Positions 12,005-24,296 are shown, numbered from the stretch's first letter. The stretch is 64,000 nt of DNA from Squalus acanthias (GCA_030390025.1 CM059438.1:54562001-54626000), one strand, 5' to 3'. Notes: generated by a model not told the origin, from the letters alone. Numbers and translations: made by a program.

Positions 12005-15000
12005 TGGCACACCTGGACAGGGCCGAGACCGATGTCCTAGGGGGAGTGTTTGCTAGTGCTCTGGGGGAGGGTTTAAACTAAAATGGCAGGGGGTTGGGAA
12101 CCTGAGCAGGGAGACAGAGGAAAGGGAAACAAGGATAAAAGCAAAAGATAGGAAGGAGAAAAACAAAAGTTGCAGTCAGAGAAAACAACGGTTTAAATCA
12201 AACATGGCCACAGTAAATACTAATTCTAATAGGTCTAGGAGCGTTAAAAAAACAAGCCTGAAGGCTTTGTGTCTTAATGCAAGGAGCATTCGGAACAAGG
12301 TGGACGAATTAGCTGCGCAAATAGAGGTAAACGAATATGATTTGATTGGGATTACCGAAACATGGCTCCAGGGTGGCCAAGGCTGGGAACTCAATATCCA
12401 GGGGTACTCAATATTCAGGAAAGATAGGCAAAAAGGAAAGGGAGGTGGGGTAGCATTGCTGGTTAAAGAGGGGATTAACACAATTGAAAGGAAAGATATT
12501 AGCTCTGATGATGTGGAATCTGTATGGGTTGAACTGAGAAATAACAAGGGGCAGAAAACGTTAGTGGGAGTGATATATAGACCTCCAAACAGTAATGCGG
12601 AGGTTGGGGATGGTATTAAAAGGGAAATTAGAGAAGCGTGCAATAAGGGCGCAGCAGTCATCATGGGTGACTTTAATCTGCATATAGATTGGGCTAACCA
12701 AATTAGTAACAATACTATGGAGGAGGAATTCCTGGAGTGTTTACGGGATGGTTTCCTGGACCAATATGTCGAGGAACCAACCAGAGATCAGGCCATCTTA
12801 GACTGGGTATTATGCAATGAGAAAGGATTAATTAGCAATCTTGTTGTGCGAGGCCCCTTGGGTCGGAGCGATCATAATATGATAGAATTCTTCATTAGGA
12901 TGGAGAGTGAAGTAGTTGACTCAGAGACTAGGGTCCTGAATTTAAATAAAGGAAACTACGATGGTATGAGGTGCGAGTTGGGTAGGATTGATTGGGGAAT
13001 GTCACTCAAAGGGTTGACGGTGGATAGGCAATGGCAAACATTCAAAGACCGCATGGACGAACTACAGAATTTGTTCATCCCAGTTTGGCATAAGAATAAA
13101 ACAAAAAGGGTGACTCAACCGTGGCTAACAAGGGAAATTAGGGATAGCATAAGATCCAAGGAGAGGGCATATAAATTGGCCAGAAAAAGCAGTAACCCTG
13201 TGGATTGGGAGCAGTTTAAGATTCAACAAAGGAGGACAAAGGGATTAATTAAGAAGGGGAAAATAGAATACGAGAGTAAGCTTGCAGGGAACATAAAAAC
13301 TGACTGTAAAAGCTTTTATAGATATGTGAAGAGAAAAAGATTAGTGAAATCAAGCATAGGTCCCTTGCAGTCAGAATCAGGGGAACTTATAATGGGGAAC
13401 AAAGAAATGTCAGACCAATTAAATACATATTTTGGTTCTGTCTTCACAAAGGAGGACACAAATAACCTCCCAGAGATGTTGGGGAACATAGGGTCTGATG
13501 AAAGGGAGGAATTGAAAGAAATCAGTATTTGTAGGGAAATGGTGTTAGGGAAATTGAAGGGATTAAAGGCAGATAAATCCCCAGGGCCTGATAATCTACA
13601 TCCTAGGGTACTTAAGGAAGTGGCCCTAGAAATAGTAGACGCATTGCTGATCATCTTCCAACATTCGATGGAATCTGGAACAGTACCCATGGATTGGAGG
13701 GTAGCTAATGTTACCCCACTATTCAAAAAGGGTGGTAGAGAGAAAACGGGGAATTACAGACCGGTAAGCCTGACATCGGTAGTGGGGAAAATGCTAGAGT
13801 CCATTATAAAAGATGTAATAGCTGAACACTTGAAAAACAGTGACAGGATCAGACAAAGTCAACATGGATTTACAAAAGGTAAATCATGCTTGACTAATCT
13901 ACTGGAATTTTTTGAGGATGTAACTGGTAAAATAGATAAGGGAGAACCAGTGGATGTGGTGTATTTGGACTTCCAAAAGGCTTTTGATAAGGTCCCGCAT
14001 AAGAGATTAGCGTGTAAAGTTAAGGCACATGGGATTGGGGGCAAGGTATTGACTTGGATAGAGAACTGGTTGGCAGACAGAAAGCAAAGAGTTGCAATAA
14101 ACAGGTCTTTTTCCGAGTGGCAGGCAGTGACTAGTGGGGTACCGCAGGGATCGGTCCTTGGACCCCAGCTATTCACAATATATATTAATGATCTAGACAA
14201 GGGAACTAGATGTAATATCTCCAAGTTTGCAGACGACACAAAACTGGGCGGGCGTGTGTGCTGCGAGGAGGATGCCGAGAAACTCCAGGATGATTTGGAC
14301 AGGTTGGGTGATTGGGCAGAAGCGTGGCAGATGCACTAGAACGTGGATAAATGCGAGGTTATCCACTTTGGTGGCAAAAACAGAAAGGCAGATTATTATC
14401 TGAATGGCAATAGATTGGGAAAAGGGGAAGTGCAACGAGACCTGGGTGTCCTTGTGCACCAGTCGCTGAAGGTAAGCATGCAGGTGCAGCAGGCGGTTAA
14501 GAAGGCAAATGGTATGTTGGCCTTCATAGCGAGAGGGTTTGAGTACAGGAACAAGGATGTCTTGCTGCAGTTGTACAGGGCCTTGGTGAGACCACACCTT
14601 GAGTACTGTGTGCAGTTTTGGTCGCCTTATCTGAGGAAGGATGTTCTTGCCATGGAAGGAGTTCAGCGAAGATTCACAAGGCTGATACCTGGGATGGCAG
14701 GAATGACGTATGAAGAGAGATTGGGTCGATTGGGCTTATACTCGCTGGAGTTTAGAAGAATGAGAGGGGATCTCACAGAATCCCCACAGTGCAGATAGAG
14801 GCCATTTCGGCCCATCGAGCCTGCACCAACACATATCCCACCCTATCCCCGTAACCCCACGTATTTAATCCCCCTAACACTAAGGGTCAATTTATCATAG
14901 CCAAATCAACCTAACCCGCACATCTTTGGACTGTGGGAGGAAACTTGAAACATTGAAACTTATAAAATTCTGACAGGACAGGACAGGACAAACTAGATGC

Positions 15001-15338
15001 AGGAAGGATGTTCCCGATGGTCGGGGAGTCCAGAACCAGGGGTCACAGTCTAAGGATAAGGGGTAAGCCATTTAGGACAGAAATGAGGAGGAATTTCTTC
15101 ACCCAGAGAGTGGTGAACCTGTGGAATTCTCTGCCACAGAAGGCAGTAGAGGCCAATTCATTAAATAGATTCAAGAAGGAGTTGGATATATTTCTTAAGG
15201 CTAAAGGGATCAAGGGATATGGGGAGAAAGCAGGGACAGGGTACTGAATTTGGATGATCAGCCATGATCGCATTGAATGGCGGAGCAGGCTAGAGGGGCC
15301 GAATGGCCTACTCCTGCTCCTATCTTCTATGATTCTAT
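12005..15338 (+). mobile_element. Young CR1 LINE with near-complete ORF2 (APE endonuclease + RT), inactivated
   Basis: ORF 12204-14339 has LNARSI, ITETWL, MGDFN, SDHN and FADD. There is one in-frame TAG at 14337-14339, a SINE insertion at 14776-14944 and the natural stop at 15247. The 3' hairpin and ATTCTAT tail follow. Confidence 0.96.
14776..14944 (-). mobile_element. 5'-truncated V-domain SINE (HE1-like) with CR1-type tail, inserted in CR1 ORF2
   Basis: The reverse complement reads GTTTCCTCCCACAGTCCAAAGATGTGCGGGTTAGG (V-SINE core) ... GGGCCGAAATGGCC...GATTCTGTG. It interrupts the GATCTCA|TTGAAAC of the host CR1. Confidence 0.8.
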
Positions 15339-16473
15339 ACATAAGACTTTTAATATGTACCAGCGAATCTCCTATTGTGTTGCTTATGGTGAGTTGGAGG
15401 ATAGGTTGTTTCATGTAATGTAATGTCAATATATTATCAAGACTGCTAACTTACAATGATTTACCAGATTAAAAGTTGTTGCTATTACAGAATATTGTAA
15501 GAGTGATACTATCAGGCATATCTGCATGGAAGCTAAATCAGTGGCCTTGATTACTATTAAATACTTCTGGCTTTTATAACTACAGCGAGGAGGGAGGAGA
15601 TTCCTCATATGTATTTTAATCCGTGTTTCCCAACCTGACGAGCCTCTATTATTTAAAATACTGACTGGCGAGTATCTATTTTAAATAATCCAGGTTTCCC
15701 TAGCCCGGTCCTGGGGAAAGCCTTTTGAGAATCTACATCTCCTTCCCCCAGTGAGAAGTGCTTGCTTGAAGCCATTACTTGGTACTGGCTTAAAGATCTG
15801 AAAGCATTTAAGGAACGTTCAGCCAGGTCTCTCTATGGGTTGTATGGAAAAGAAGCTTTTGTCAGTGGGGGGGCGGGGGGGGGGGGTGGTGTGGGGTGGG
15901 GAAGAAAGAGGACAGCAGTGGTGAGAGAGAGGTGGCAACAGGGAGTGTTAGGAAACAGAGGTCCAATTTTCTAAATTACCAGCTGGATTGTACTGTACAC
16001 AACCTTTGCTGCAGATAGGGCTGGAGGTCTAAATAAGTAAGTTTAATTGTGACAGGCAGGTGTGATGGAAAAAGTGTGACAGCAAAGTGTTACAGGAGTA
16101 AATGTCGCACTTAAAGGAAGTGTGTGCCATGCACAAGACTTTATATAAATGCCAGCAAACCCTCTGTGACATTGCTCATGGAGAGTTGGACGATACATTA
16201 CTTTATAATAGGAGGGTTATACTTTATTAAATACAATCGCGGGCGGGGGCCCAATAGCGCGTGGAAAACCCGGAAGTGCAGAGCGTCTTTCAGTGTCTTT
16301 TTAACTGAGCCACCTCATTATCATTTTACTTCCGGATTTCCCATCCAATTAGTGTCAGCGAGCGTGATGACGATGCGCATGATGCAATTTCAACTCCAGT
16401 ATTTAAAGGGGCACTCGAAACATGCAAGTTCAAGGAGTTTGGAGTTGTCATGGATTGCCAAAGAACTGTTGCT

Positions 16474-18258
16474 ATGGAGTCGAGGCAGGCAAAGGCTGCA
16501 CCCTGCTTCAGCGACGCCTCCCTGGATGTGCTGCTGAGGGCTGTAAGGGCCCGGAAGGAAATACTTTACCCTAGTGACAGGAGGAAGAAGCCAGATGCTG
16601 AGACAAAGAAGGCATGGTTGGAGGTTGCCGAGGAGGTTGCTATGCTCCTGGATCCAATGCAGGTAGCGATTCAATGACCTCAGCAGGGAAGGAAAGGTGA
16701 AAGCAATGGCACATTGCCCTACATCCTGATGTGCGTATCACCCTAACCCCCTCACTCTGCCTTCTGAAGCCTACTCCAGCACATCACTCACACCAACTTA
16801 CCTTGCAGGTGCACTCATCCCTCTCTGTCTATACATTTACTCACATCCCCATCTATCCATCCACCACTGACACTCACACTCAACTGTATGCAATGTCATG
16901 TCTATCTATCATAGTCACCCTCAACAAATGCTCGCTATCAATTGAGTGAACACATCCCATTACTCTCACTCATAAGTCTCTTCTTTCCCTCCTTGCAGGA
17001 GAAGGGAGCAGAGAACACCAGGGAGAGGCAGAGAACCGGAGGTGGCCCTCCAGCCATCTCTCACTTAACATCTGCAGAGGAGAGGGGGGGGATGGAGATC
17101 AGCGGAGCCTAGCCGTCAGATATGGGGGCCTGCCTGCTACCTGGTGACAGAATTAAATATCAGGCAGTCACATGGCATACAACACTTGATGTCAACAGTC
17201 ACTGAAATATGATTATGTGCATTCTTGCTGTCACAGTATTCATTCATGTCTTTAATCTCCCACAGGGCTTTCAAGCATTCAACAGGAGGTGGTTCAGCTC
17301 GCCCATGACGATGATGACTCCTCAGAGGAACTCACTCCCTCTGAGTATGCACTGTCACAGGACTCATACAGACCATGCACCAGCTCAGATACTCGCACTT
17401 CCGTGGGACAAGTTAGAGAGATAGTTGGGTTTTCACATGGTGATTTGCACTTCACAAGGAAGCAAGAGCAGATGTTGGAGACAGGACAGCAGTGCAGAGT
17501 CCCCATTGGCGCGCTCAGGACTCTCCAAGCTCTGCTCAGCTGGACGCAGATGCTGTACCCCGGGGGCCATCGACGAACAGCATACTTCTTGAGCAGCAAC
17601 AGAGAATGTGCAATGTACTGGCAGGCATTCCAAGCGCACTGTGCACAATTGCTGAGAGATTGGAGGAGTCAGCCTCAAGCATGAGTGGTATGATGTGGCA
17701 GGCCTTTGCGATGATGTCTTCTTCCATGGAAAGAGTGGCCAACTGCATGGAGCATCAAACGTGGCAATCATACAAGTGCATGCAGGCCCTCACCAATGGC
17801 TTGCACACTCTGAATGCCACCTTAAATAGGATGAATGATACCCTAGCCTTGGCCTTTCATTGCCCCACTGATCTGCAGCAAAGTGTTCTCCAGCACATTA
17901 CTAGCAGGAAAGTGTGGCTAGGCCATGAGAGAGCCGTGAAAGGGGAGATGGAAGTAGGGACTCGGCTCAAAGCGCTTCCACTTCTCACCCGTTGCCCCCT
18001 GCTACTCCACACCCCCTCCCACCCCAGTCAGTAACCCACATGCTGCCTCGTGTCCAGATAGCCGAGTCTGCCCCTGCATAGGTGCAGGTGGAGCAGTCTT
18101 TGGCGGAGCCCTCACAGGCTCCAAAACCCAGAGGACGTCGGCCAAGAGCAACTCAACAGTCAGAGCAGGGATCTGAGTAGCCTGCCTCTACCTCTGCTGA
18201 AGCCACAGGGATTGCACCACGTAGAAGTGCTAGGAAAAGGAAGAGTAAAGATTTGTAG
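16474..18258 (+). pseudogene. Harbinger Myb/SANT-like DNA-binding protein gene, 3 exons, frameshifted
   Basis: Exon 1 (16474-16696): APCFSDASLDVLL...KKAWLEVAEEV...RFNDL. Exon 2 (16999-17143): EKGAENTRERQRTGGGPP. Exon 3 runs from 17266 and ends RRSARKRKSKDL*. All introns have GT-AG boundaries. Confidence 0.8.
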
Positions 18259-18661
18259 TTGCACAAGGGTTATGTAGATGGGTGTGTTATACAGTGATAG
18301 GTTGTTACGTTTATGTTGACTGTTTGAACCACATAAATATTATTCTTTTGAACCACTTTCCCGTCTTTCCCTTTCCCTTTCTTGGTGGCTGGCTGGCAAG
18401 TGGCTTTTTCAGTTGTGTGATGATGAATGGGGAGACATGAATTGACACCAAGAAATAGGGGGGCTGTGAAAGGATTCTTAGTTGTTTGCAGGACTGCTTT
18501 CTGTTAGTGGCATTTGACGGGGGTAGCAAAAGTGGCTTTTGCATGTAGTTTTTAGATTGGTGCACTGGTGGAACCAGTGTACTTCGCAATAATGAATACT
18601 GGTGGTGCATTATCCACATCACCTCTGCCTTCATGTCTTCCTCCTCTTCCTCCTCGTACCC

Positions 18662-19696
18662 CTACTCAGAATCGTCCAAAGAGGTTCTGTGCTCTGCGCC
18701 TTGTTCCTCCTGCAGGTCCAAACCTCGCTGCTGCTCAATGTTGTGCTGAGCGCAGCACACCACGATCATTGCGCAGACTCTGGCAGGTGCATACTGATGG
18801 ACGCCTCCAGATCTGTCCAAGCACCTGAAGCGCATCTTCTTCATGGAAATGGCGATGGCTTGTTTGATGTCACATCTGGTGGTCATATGGCATTTACTGT
18901 ATCGCTCCTGGGCCTCATTCCTCGTGTTACTGAGAGGTGTCATCAGCCACGTTGTAAGTGGGTATCCCTTGTCGCCGAGCAGCCAGCCGGTAACTCTGCT
19001 TCGAGGGGTGAAGAGATTAGGGAGGGTGGACAGCCGCAGGACAAAGGCATCATGGCAGCTACCCGGCAATCTTGCACACAACTGCATAAAGATCTTTATG
19101 TGGTTGCACACCAGCTGCACATTGATGGAGTGGAAGCCTTTGCAGTTGATGAATACTCCAGAGTGATCTGGGGATGCCTTAATTGCCACATGCGTGCAGT
19201 CGATGATGCCCTGCACCTGTGGGAAGCCAGCCAGAGTCACAAACCCGAGCGCCCGCTCATTCTGACTGGCGTCATCGCAGGCAAAGTTGACATAATTGAC
19301 GGCCCTGGCAAACAAGCCATCGGTCACCTGTCTTATGCATTTGTGGGCCGCCAACTGCGAGATCCTGCAAATGTCTCCAGCAGATCCCTGAAAGGATCCA
19401 GAGGTAAAAATGTTGAGGGCGGTGGTGACTTTCACAGCCAGTGGTAAAGTGTGGGCACCAGGCCCAGTTGGCAGTAGGTCGTGTTCCAGCAGACTGCAAA
19501 TGTCTGCCACGCGACACCGAGCCTCCTGAGACACTGGTGTTCCAACATGTTGAGGAAGCTTATCTTGCAGACCCTGTGTGCTGGGTATAGCCTCCAGCGA
19601 GTTGCACCTCTCTGCTGATCCCCTCTCTCCTGTGGAGCTGCAGGTCTGTGAGCAGCAGGCTGCTCCTTTGCGCGGCCCATACAAAATACCGCACAT
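18662..19696 (-). pseudogene. Harbinger (HARBI1-like) DDE transposase
   Basis: Motifs GFPQVQGIIDCTHVAI, GFHSINVQLVC, PGSCHDAFVL, LLGDKGYPL and KMRFRCLDRSGG are present. The expected catalytic E reads K (DIKQAI). The true start is uncertain. Confidence 0.92.
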
Positions 19697-20312
19697 GCGC
19701 GGTTTTCCTATTCAAAAGTTGGTGAGCCAGCTGCGCAGGAGCTGCAGAGTACTGCGCGGCCGCGCAGCTTAAAGGGAACATTGGTTGCTGCTGTGTTTTC
19801 GCCTTGCTTTCACTAGCGAGTTCAAGGAAGCCCAGGAAACCCATGGACCCAAAGTTAAAATAGAAATCCCATGTCAATATCACTCGAATTCAGCGATAAA
19901 CATGTGTCAATTGACAACCCACCTCTCCCGAGGGGGTTGCACGCACACACAAACTAACGAGCTGGAGTGAAATGCAGAAGTCGGCGGGTTAGAGCCGGCT
20001 TTCCGATGCATTCGCATTTTTGCACAATTTAACCACTCACCCAAGCCCTGTTCCAGCTTCAAATTCCCCCCAATGTATTACTGTGAGACCTGTTCATTAT
20101 GATGACTGAATGAGTGAAAATTTTATTACATGTTTGGAATTTTGTAAAGGATGATATATTACGAGGGCCACTAAACGATGGTGACACAATATGTGAAATT
20201 CTGTTTTTATCCATGGTACTCCAGGACTTAAAGCAGTGTTTTGGGAATTGAATTCAACAACCCTGATAATTTTCCTATGAAAACTGCAAGTGAATGGCTT
20301 TGACTATTACTG

Positions 20313-20742
20313 TCCCATTCACCCATCACCCCGTACTCACTAACCTGCAACACCTCGATTTTAAAATTCTCATCTTTGTTTTCAAATCCCTCTATGCTCT
20401 CGTACCTCCCTTTCTCTGTAAGTTCCTCCAGCCCTACATCCCACCGAGATCTCTGCGTTCCTCCAATTCTGACCTCTTGTGCATCCCTGATTTTAATCAC
20501 TCCACCACTGGCAGCTGTGCCTTCAGCTGCCTAGGCCCTAAGCACTGGAATTCCCTCCCTAAACATTGCCACCTCCCCTGTCCTCCTTTAAGACGCTTCT
20601 TAAAACCTACCTCTTTGACCAAGCTGTCCTTGTATCTCCTTATGTGACTCGGTGTCCAATCTTGTTCGATAACGCTCCTGTGAAGCGCCTTGGGACGTTT
20701 TACTATGTTAAAGGCACTCTATAAATGCAAGTTGTTGTTGCT
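20313..20742 (+). mobile_element. L2 LINE 3' fragment
   Basis: Peptide QHLDFKILIFVFKSL...PPRSLRSS...AFSCLGPKHWNSLP, with the L2-type tail TGTGAAGCGCCTTGGG...ATAAATGCAAGTTGTTGTTG. Confidence 0.85.
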
Positions 20743-20859
20743 GAACTATATGTATTTCATATTTATCTCTTACTAGTTTTTTAAAGCCCAGGACACAATG
20801 CAAGATATTTACAGTTCTAGATATATAGGAGATGTGGAGTAATAGTGGGGAGTGGTAGA

Positions 20860-21320
20860 GAGGATTCATGAGATTTGGTAGTAATGGTGGAATCTTGGGT
20901 TTAAGTATTCTGGGGGTGGGTGTTGCTGGGAGAAGGTTCACGAGGTTTGTGAGTAGTGAGGGGGGCTTGGGTTTAGGTGTTCTGGGGTGGGTGATGCTGG
21001 GAGAAGGTTCACGAGGTTTGTGAGTAGTGAGGGGGGCTTGGGTTTAGGTGTTCTGGGGTGGGTGATGCTGAGAGAAGGTTCACGAGGTTTGTGAGTAGTG
21101 AGGGGGGCTTGGGTTTAGGTGTTCTGGGGTGGGTGATGCTGAGAGAAGGTTCACGAGGTTTGTGAGTAGTGAGGGGGGCTTGGGTTTAGGTGTTCTGGGG
21201 TGGGTGATGCTGGGAAAAGGTTCACGAGGTTTGTGAGTAGTGAGGGGGGCTTGGGTTTAGGTGTTCTGGGGGTGGGTGATGCTAAAGAGTTCATGAGATT
21301 TGGCAGTAGTGGGCGGGTCT
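20860..21320. repeat. 71-bp G/T-rich minisatellite, 5 near-perfect units plus degenerate flanking units
   Basis: TTCA of TTCACGAGG ends at 20940, 21011, 21082, 21153 and 21224, giving a period of 71. Confidence 0.95.
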
Positions 21321-21839
21321 TGTTAGGCTTGGTACAACTGGGTGATGGTGCTGAGTTTAGTAGTACTGGAGGTCATGCTGGGTTTGGGCGAATGGGGTGG
21401 GTGGGCGTTTGTGTGATGCTGTGTTTGTTAGTAATGGGTAGGGGGGTGGTACTGGAGCCTGGCAGTACTGTGATGGGAAGGAATGGGTGTTCAGAGTGGT
21501 GGGAGAGCACGGGAAGGGTTGGTGGTATGGGAGCTTGGTGCGGGAGGCATTAAGACCGAGTGTTCACTGGTCGGAAGGTATGGGCTTTTAGAGCAGAAAC
21601 TGCAAAGGTGGTAGGAGAGTGCAGGAATGGAGGAATATTTCGGTGCTTGGAACAGAGGCAGTAGAAGGAAGGCCTGGGTGTTCAAGCCAGTAACAGCAAA
21701 AGGTGGTAACAAAGTATGGAAACAATGAGGAAAGCTTAAACGTTTGAGGTGGTAGGAGGGAATGGGCGTTCACGGTGGGAATAGGAAACGGTGCAATGCA
21801 TTTGTCCTAACTCTTTTACATTTAATCTTATATCTATAT

Positions 21840-22200
21840 CCCCTTGTTATAGGGTCTGTCAGTTACTTGAAATAGTGTTACCAACTACTCTGTTCCATCC
21901 TTTCATCATTTTAAACACCTCTATCAAAATACCCTGTAATCTCCTCTGTTCTAAGACAAACAGGCACACTTTTTCCAGTCTTTCTTTGTATTTGTACTTT
22001 CTCATACCAGGCATCATCTCAGTGAATCTGCCCTGTACCATCTCTATTGCTTCAACATCCTTCCTACAGTGTGGAGTCCAAAACGGCACAATGTACTCCC
22101 TAAGGTTTTTATATAGATTCACCATTATATCTCAACTTTTATATTCTATACCTCGTCATAAAACCCAATATTGCATTGGCTTTATTAATAGCCTCATCAC
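21840..22200 (-). mobile_element. Old CR1 3' fragment
   Basis: Peptide EYIVPFWTPHCRKDVEAIEMVQGRFT...LEQRRLQG. Confidence 0.85.
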
Positions 22201-23219
22201 GCCTTAAAGTGGTTAGTGCACAGTTAATGAGGTTGCCACTGATACAATCTGAAACAAACATAGATTTCTATAAATATACAAAAATTACCTCATAAAATGC
22301 TCACAATTATCATTTATGGAATTTCCAAGTTTTTAATATAAAAAAATGCACCTCACATGTTCAAAAAATGATTCAGAAGAGAAAGATGTTTTAACTTAAT
22401 TTTCAACTAAACTAAATAGGGTCATAATTTGCATGGATGGTAGTCATGAAGTAGGAGGAATCCAATAATGTAACCTCATCTTTGAGCTGGATTTAAATCA
22501 CTTGGAAAAATAAGAGATCCTTTAAAACTGAGAAAAGGAAATACATTCTCAATAAACAATCTTTATTCTATTTTCTAACTATAAACAAAAAAAACTATTG
22601 GTGCTGTTAATCACAGATGCTACCACTTACAAACTTGCTTGAAACTTAATTTAAAGAATTCATGCTCCAGTTTGCTTCAAAGTCCTTTGGATGAAGCAAA
22701 GAAACTCAAATCCTCCAGGATGAGGGGCATGTCTTTCTACATATCATACTGGAAATTCTGCAAACTGCATATATTCAGACTGCACATGTGGTTGGAATGT
22801 CTCCAACGGTTCCAGTTAAAGTCCAGTCTTTTGAGACAGGCTGAGGCCTTGAAGTAGAAATTTTAAGGAAGGCATTAAGAGACATAAAAGATAATTAAAT
22901 GGGTAAATTTTACATGTTAGTGTGAAATGTAACTCTTTGATTTAAAAGAAAAACTGATTTTATACATAAGAAATTTTAGTTACTAAGAATAAAAACAATT
23001 AACATAATTTTCTTCAAAGAGTTGTTTGAGAGATTCAACTGTTTCATCAACAAGTGTGACAGTCAAATAATGAGATAGAATTTTCCTACTATAGAATATC
23101 AACATAGATTTCTCCCTTATAAATGTTGATATAAAAAGTGTGGCTCAAAACTCATGACACAGGAACCAAGGTTAATGTGGGCACAAAGTGTGCACCATAT
23201 GCAATAGATTTAATATATA

Positions 23220-23650
23220 GAACTTGCATTTCTATAGGGACCTTCATGATCTGAGGATGTCCCAAAGCACTTCATAACTGATGGAGTATTTTTGAAGTGT
23301 AGTCAATGTTGTAATGTAGGGAAGCGCAGCAGCTAATTTGCGCAAAGGAAATCAGATGAATGACCAGATGATCTGTTTTTTGATGGTGTTGGTTGAAGGA
23401 TGGATGTTGACCAGTACTCTGGGACAACTTCATGCTCTTTGCGAAAAGTGTTAAGGGATCTTTTACATCCACTAAGAGGGCCGATGGGGCTTTAGTTTAA
23501 CATGGCGTAAGACGCCACACCACCTCTGACAGTGCAGCACTCCCTCGGTACTGCACTGAAGTGTCAGCCTAAATTACGTGCTCAAGTCTCTGCAGTGTCA
23601 ACTTGAGCCAATGACCTGACTAGAAGGTGACAGTACTACCACTGAGCCAA
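23220..23650 (-). mobile_element. tRNA-derived DeuSINE (SacSINE1-like) with L2-type tail
   Basis: The reverse complement starts TGGCTCAGTGGTAG (A box). It contains the Deu-type core GCAGTACCGAGGGAGTGCTGCACTGTCAGAGGTG and GGATGTAAAAGATCCC, and ends AAATGCAAGTTC. Confidence 0.85.
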
Positions 23651-24296
23651 ATCAATCTACATCATATATAAAAAGAGAGGAAATAGTTTGCTTAGACTCC
23701 AGACATAAAAAATGTTGGATTACTCTTCCCTATCCTAGAAGGTATTTTGCCAAACTCACATGAATTAGCATTATTCAAGAAACTAGTGCAACAAAATCAT
23801 CTAAATGTTCACTATGTTAAGCAGTAGCAAGGACTAACTGACTTGCCAACAACTAATTATATAGTTGTAATGCATTAAACCATTTAAAATAAACTGGTTA
23901 ATGCTTTTGTTAAGATAGCAAAGAGAGAAACATATTACGTGTTCATTTGATAACACAGTAATTTCCATGGCACTAAAATTTATATGGGGTTATATTTCAA
24001 GAATTTTTCTCCTAATGCAATCAAGTTTTTCCAAAATGATTTCCGGCGAAGCCTTGTTTTGCAGGCTAAACAAATAAAGTTCTCTTTATAATCACACAAC
24101 AAAGATAATGACACCATGGTAATTACTGGTTCTGAAGTGTAGCAGGAGTTTTATATCCAAAATTATAGACATGACATTAGCAGTAATGGTTTCCAGTTCA
24201 CATCATTATTATTTATAGAAGCAGACTGGATCTGAATGCAGTGTTTAGGGGGAAATATTCAATCAACCAGATAGGATTATACTGAAAACGCAACTA

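Larger units (their letters stand above)
16211..20071. mobile_element. PIF/Harbinger DNA transposon, near full-length, decayed (convergent Myb/SANT and DDE genes)
   Basis: It contains both canonical Harbinger genes. The right terminus is AAATTCCCCCC (20061-20071); the left terminus is degenerate and approximate. Confidence 0.88.
3830..21790 (-). pseudogene. Highly decayed DIRS/Ngaro-like (tyrosine-recombinase) retroelement relic, fragmented by younger insertions, with apparent introns
   Basis: Degenerate motifs are collinear on the minus strand: HLCSFC (gag-like, ~21590-21615), IGDSLV (YxDD-like, 15358-15375), FWLQILLW (~11325-11350), IFV*PSA (RNase H D1-like, ~11203-11225), FCDIMTLV (9556-9579), ALSSF (~9435-9450), LTLYLK*KT (YR, ~9050-9075) and HYSFPLG (YR box II-like, ~3985-4005). 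Boundaries are approximate. Confidence 0.5.

Noticed and set aside
18602..19447. 281-aa plus-strand ORF
   Set aside because: It is the antisense shadow of the Harbinger transposase and has no recognisable motif.
18662..19696. Host HARBI1 gene
   Set aside because: It is paired with a decayed Myb gene and a TIR, lies inside an intron, and has a mutated catalytic residue. It is a transposon copy, not the domesticated gene.
20860..21320. CRISPR-like array
   Set aside because: Units are head-to-tail with no unique spacers, the context is eukaryotic and there are no cas genes. It is a minisatellite.
22639..22857. Possible coding exon
   Set aside because: No recognisable protein similarity and no convincing splice-site pair on either strand.
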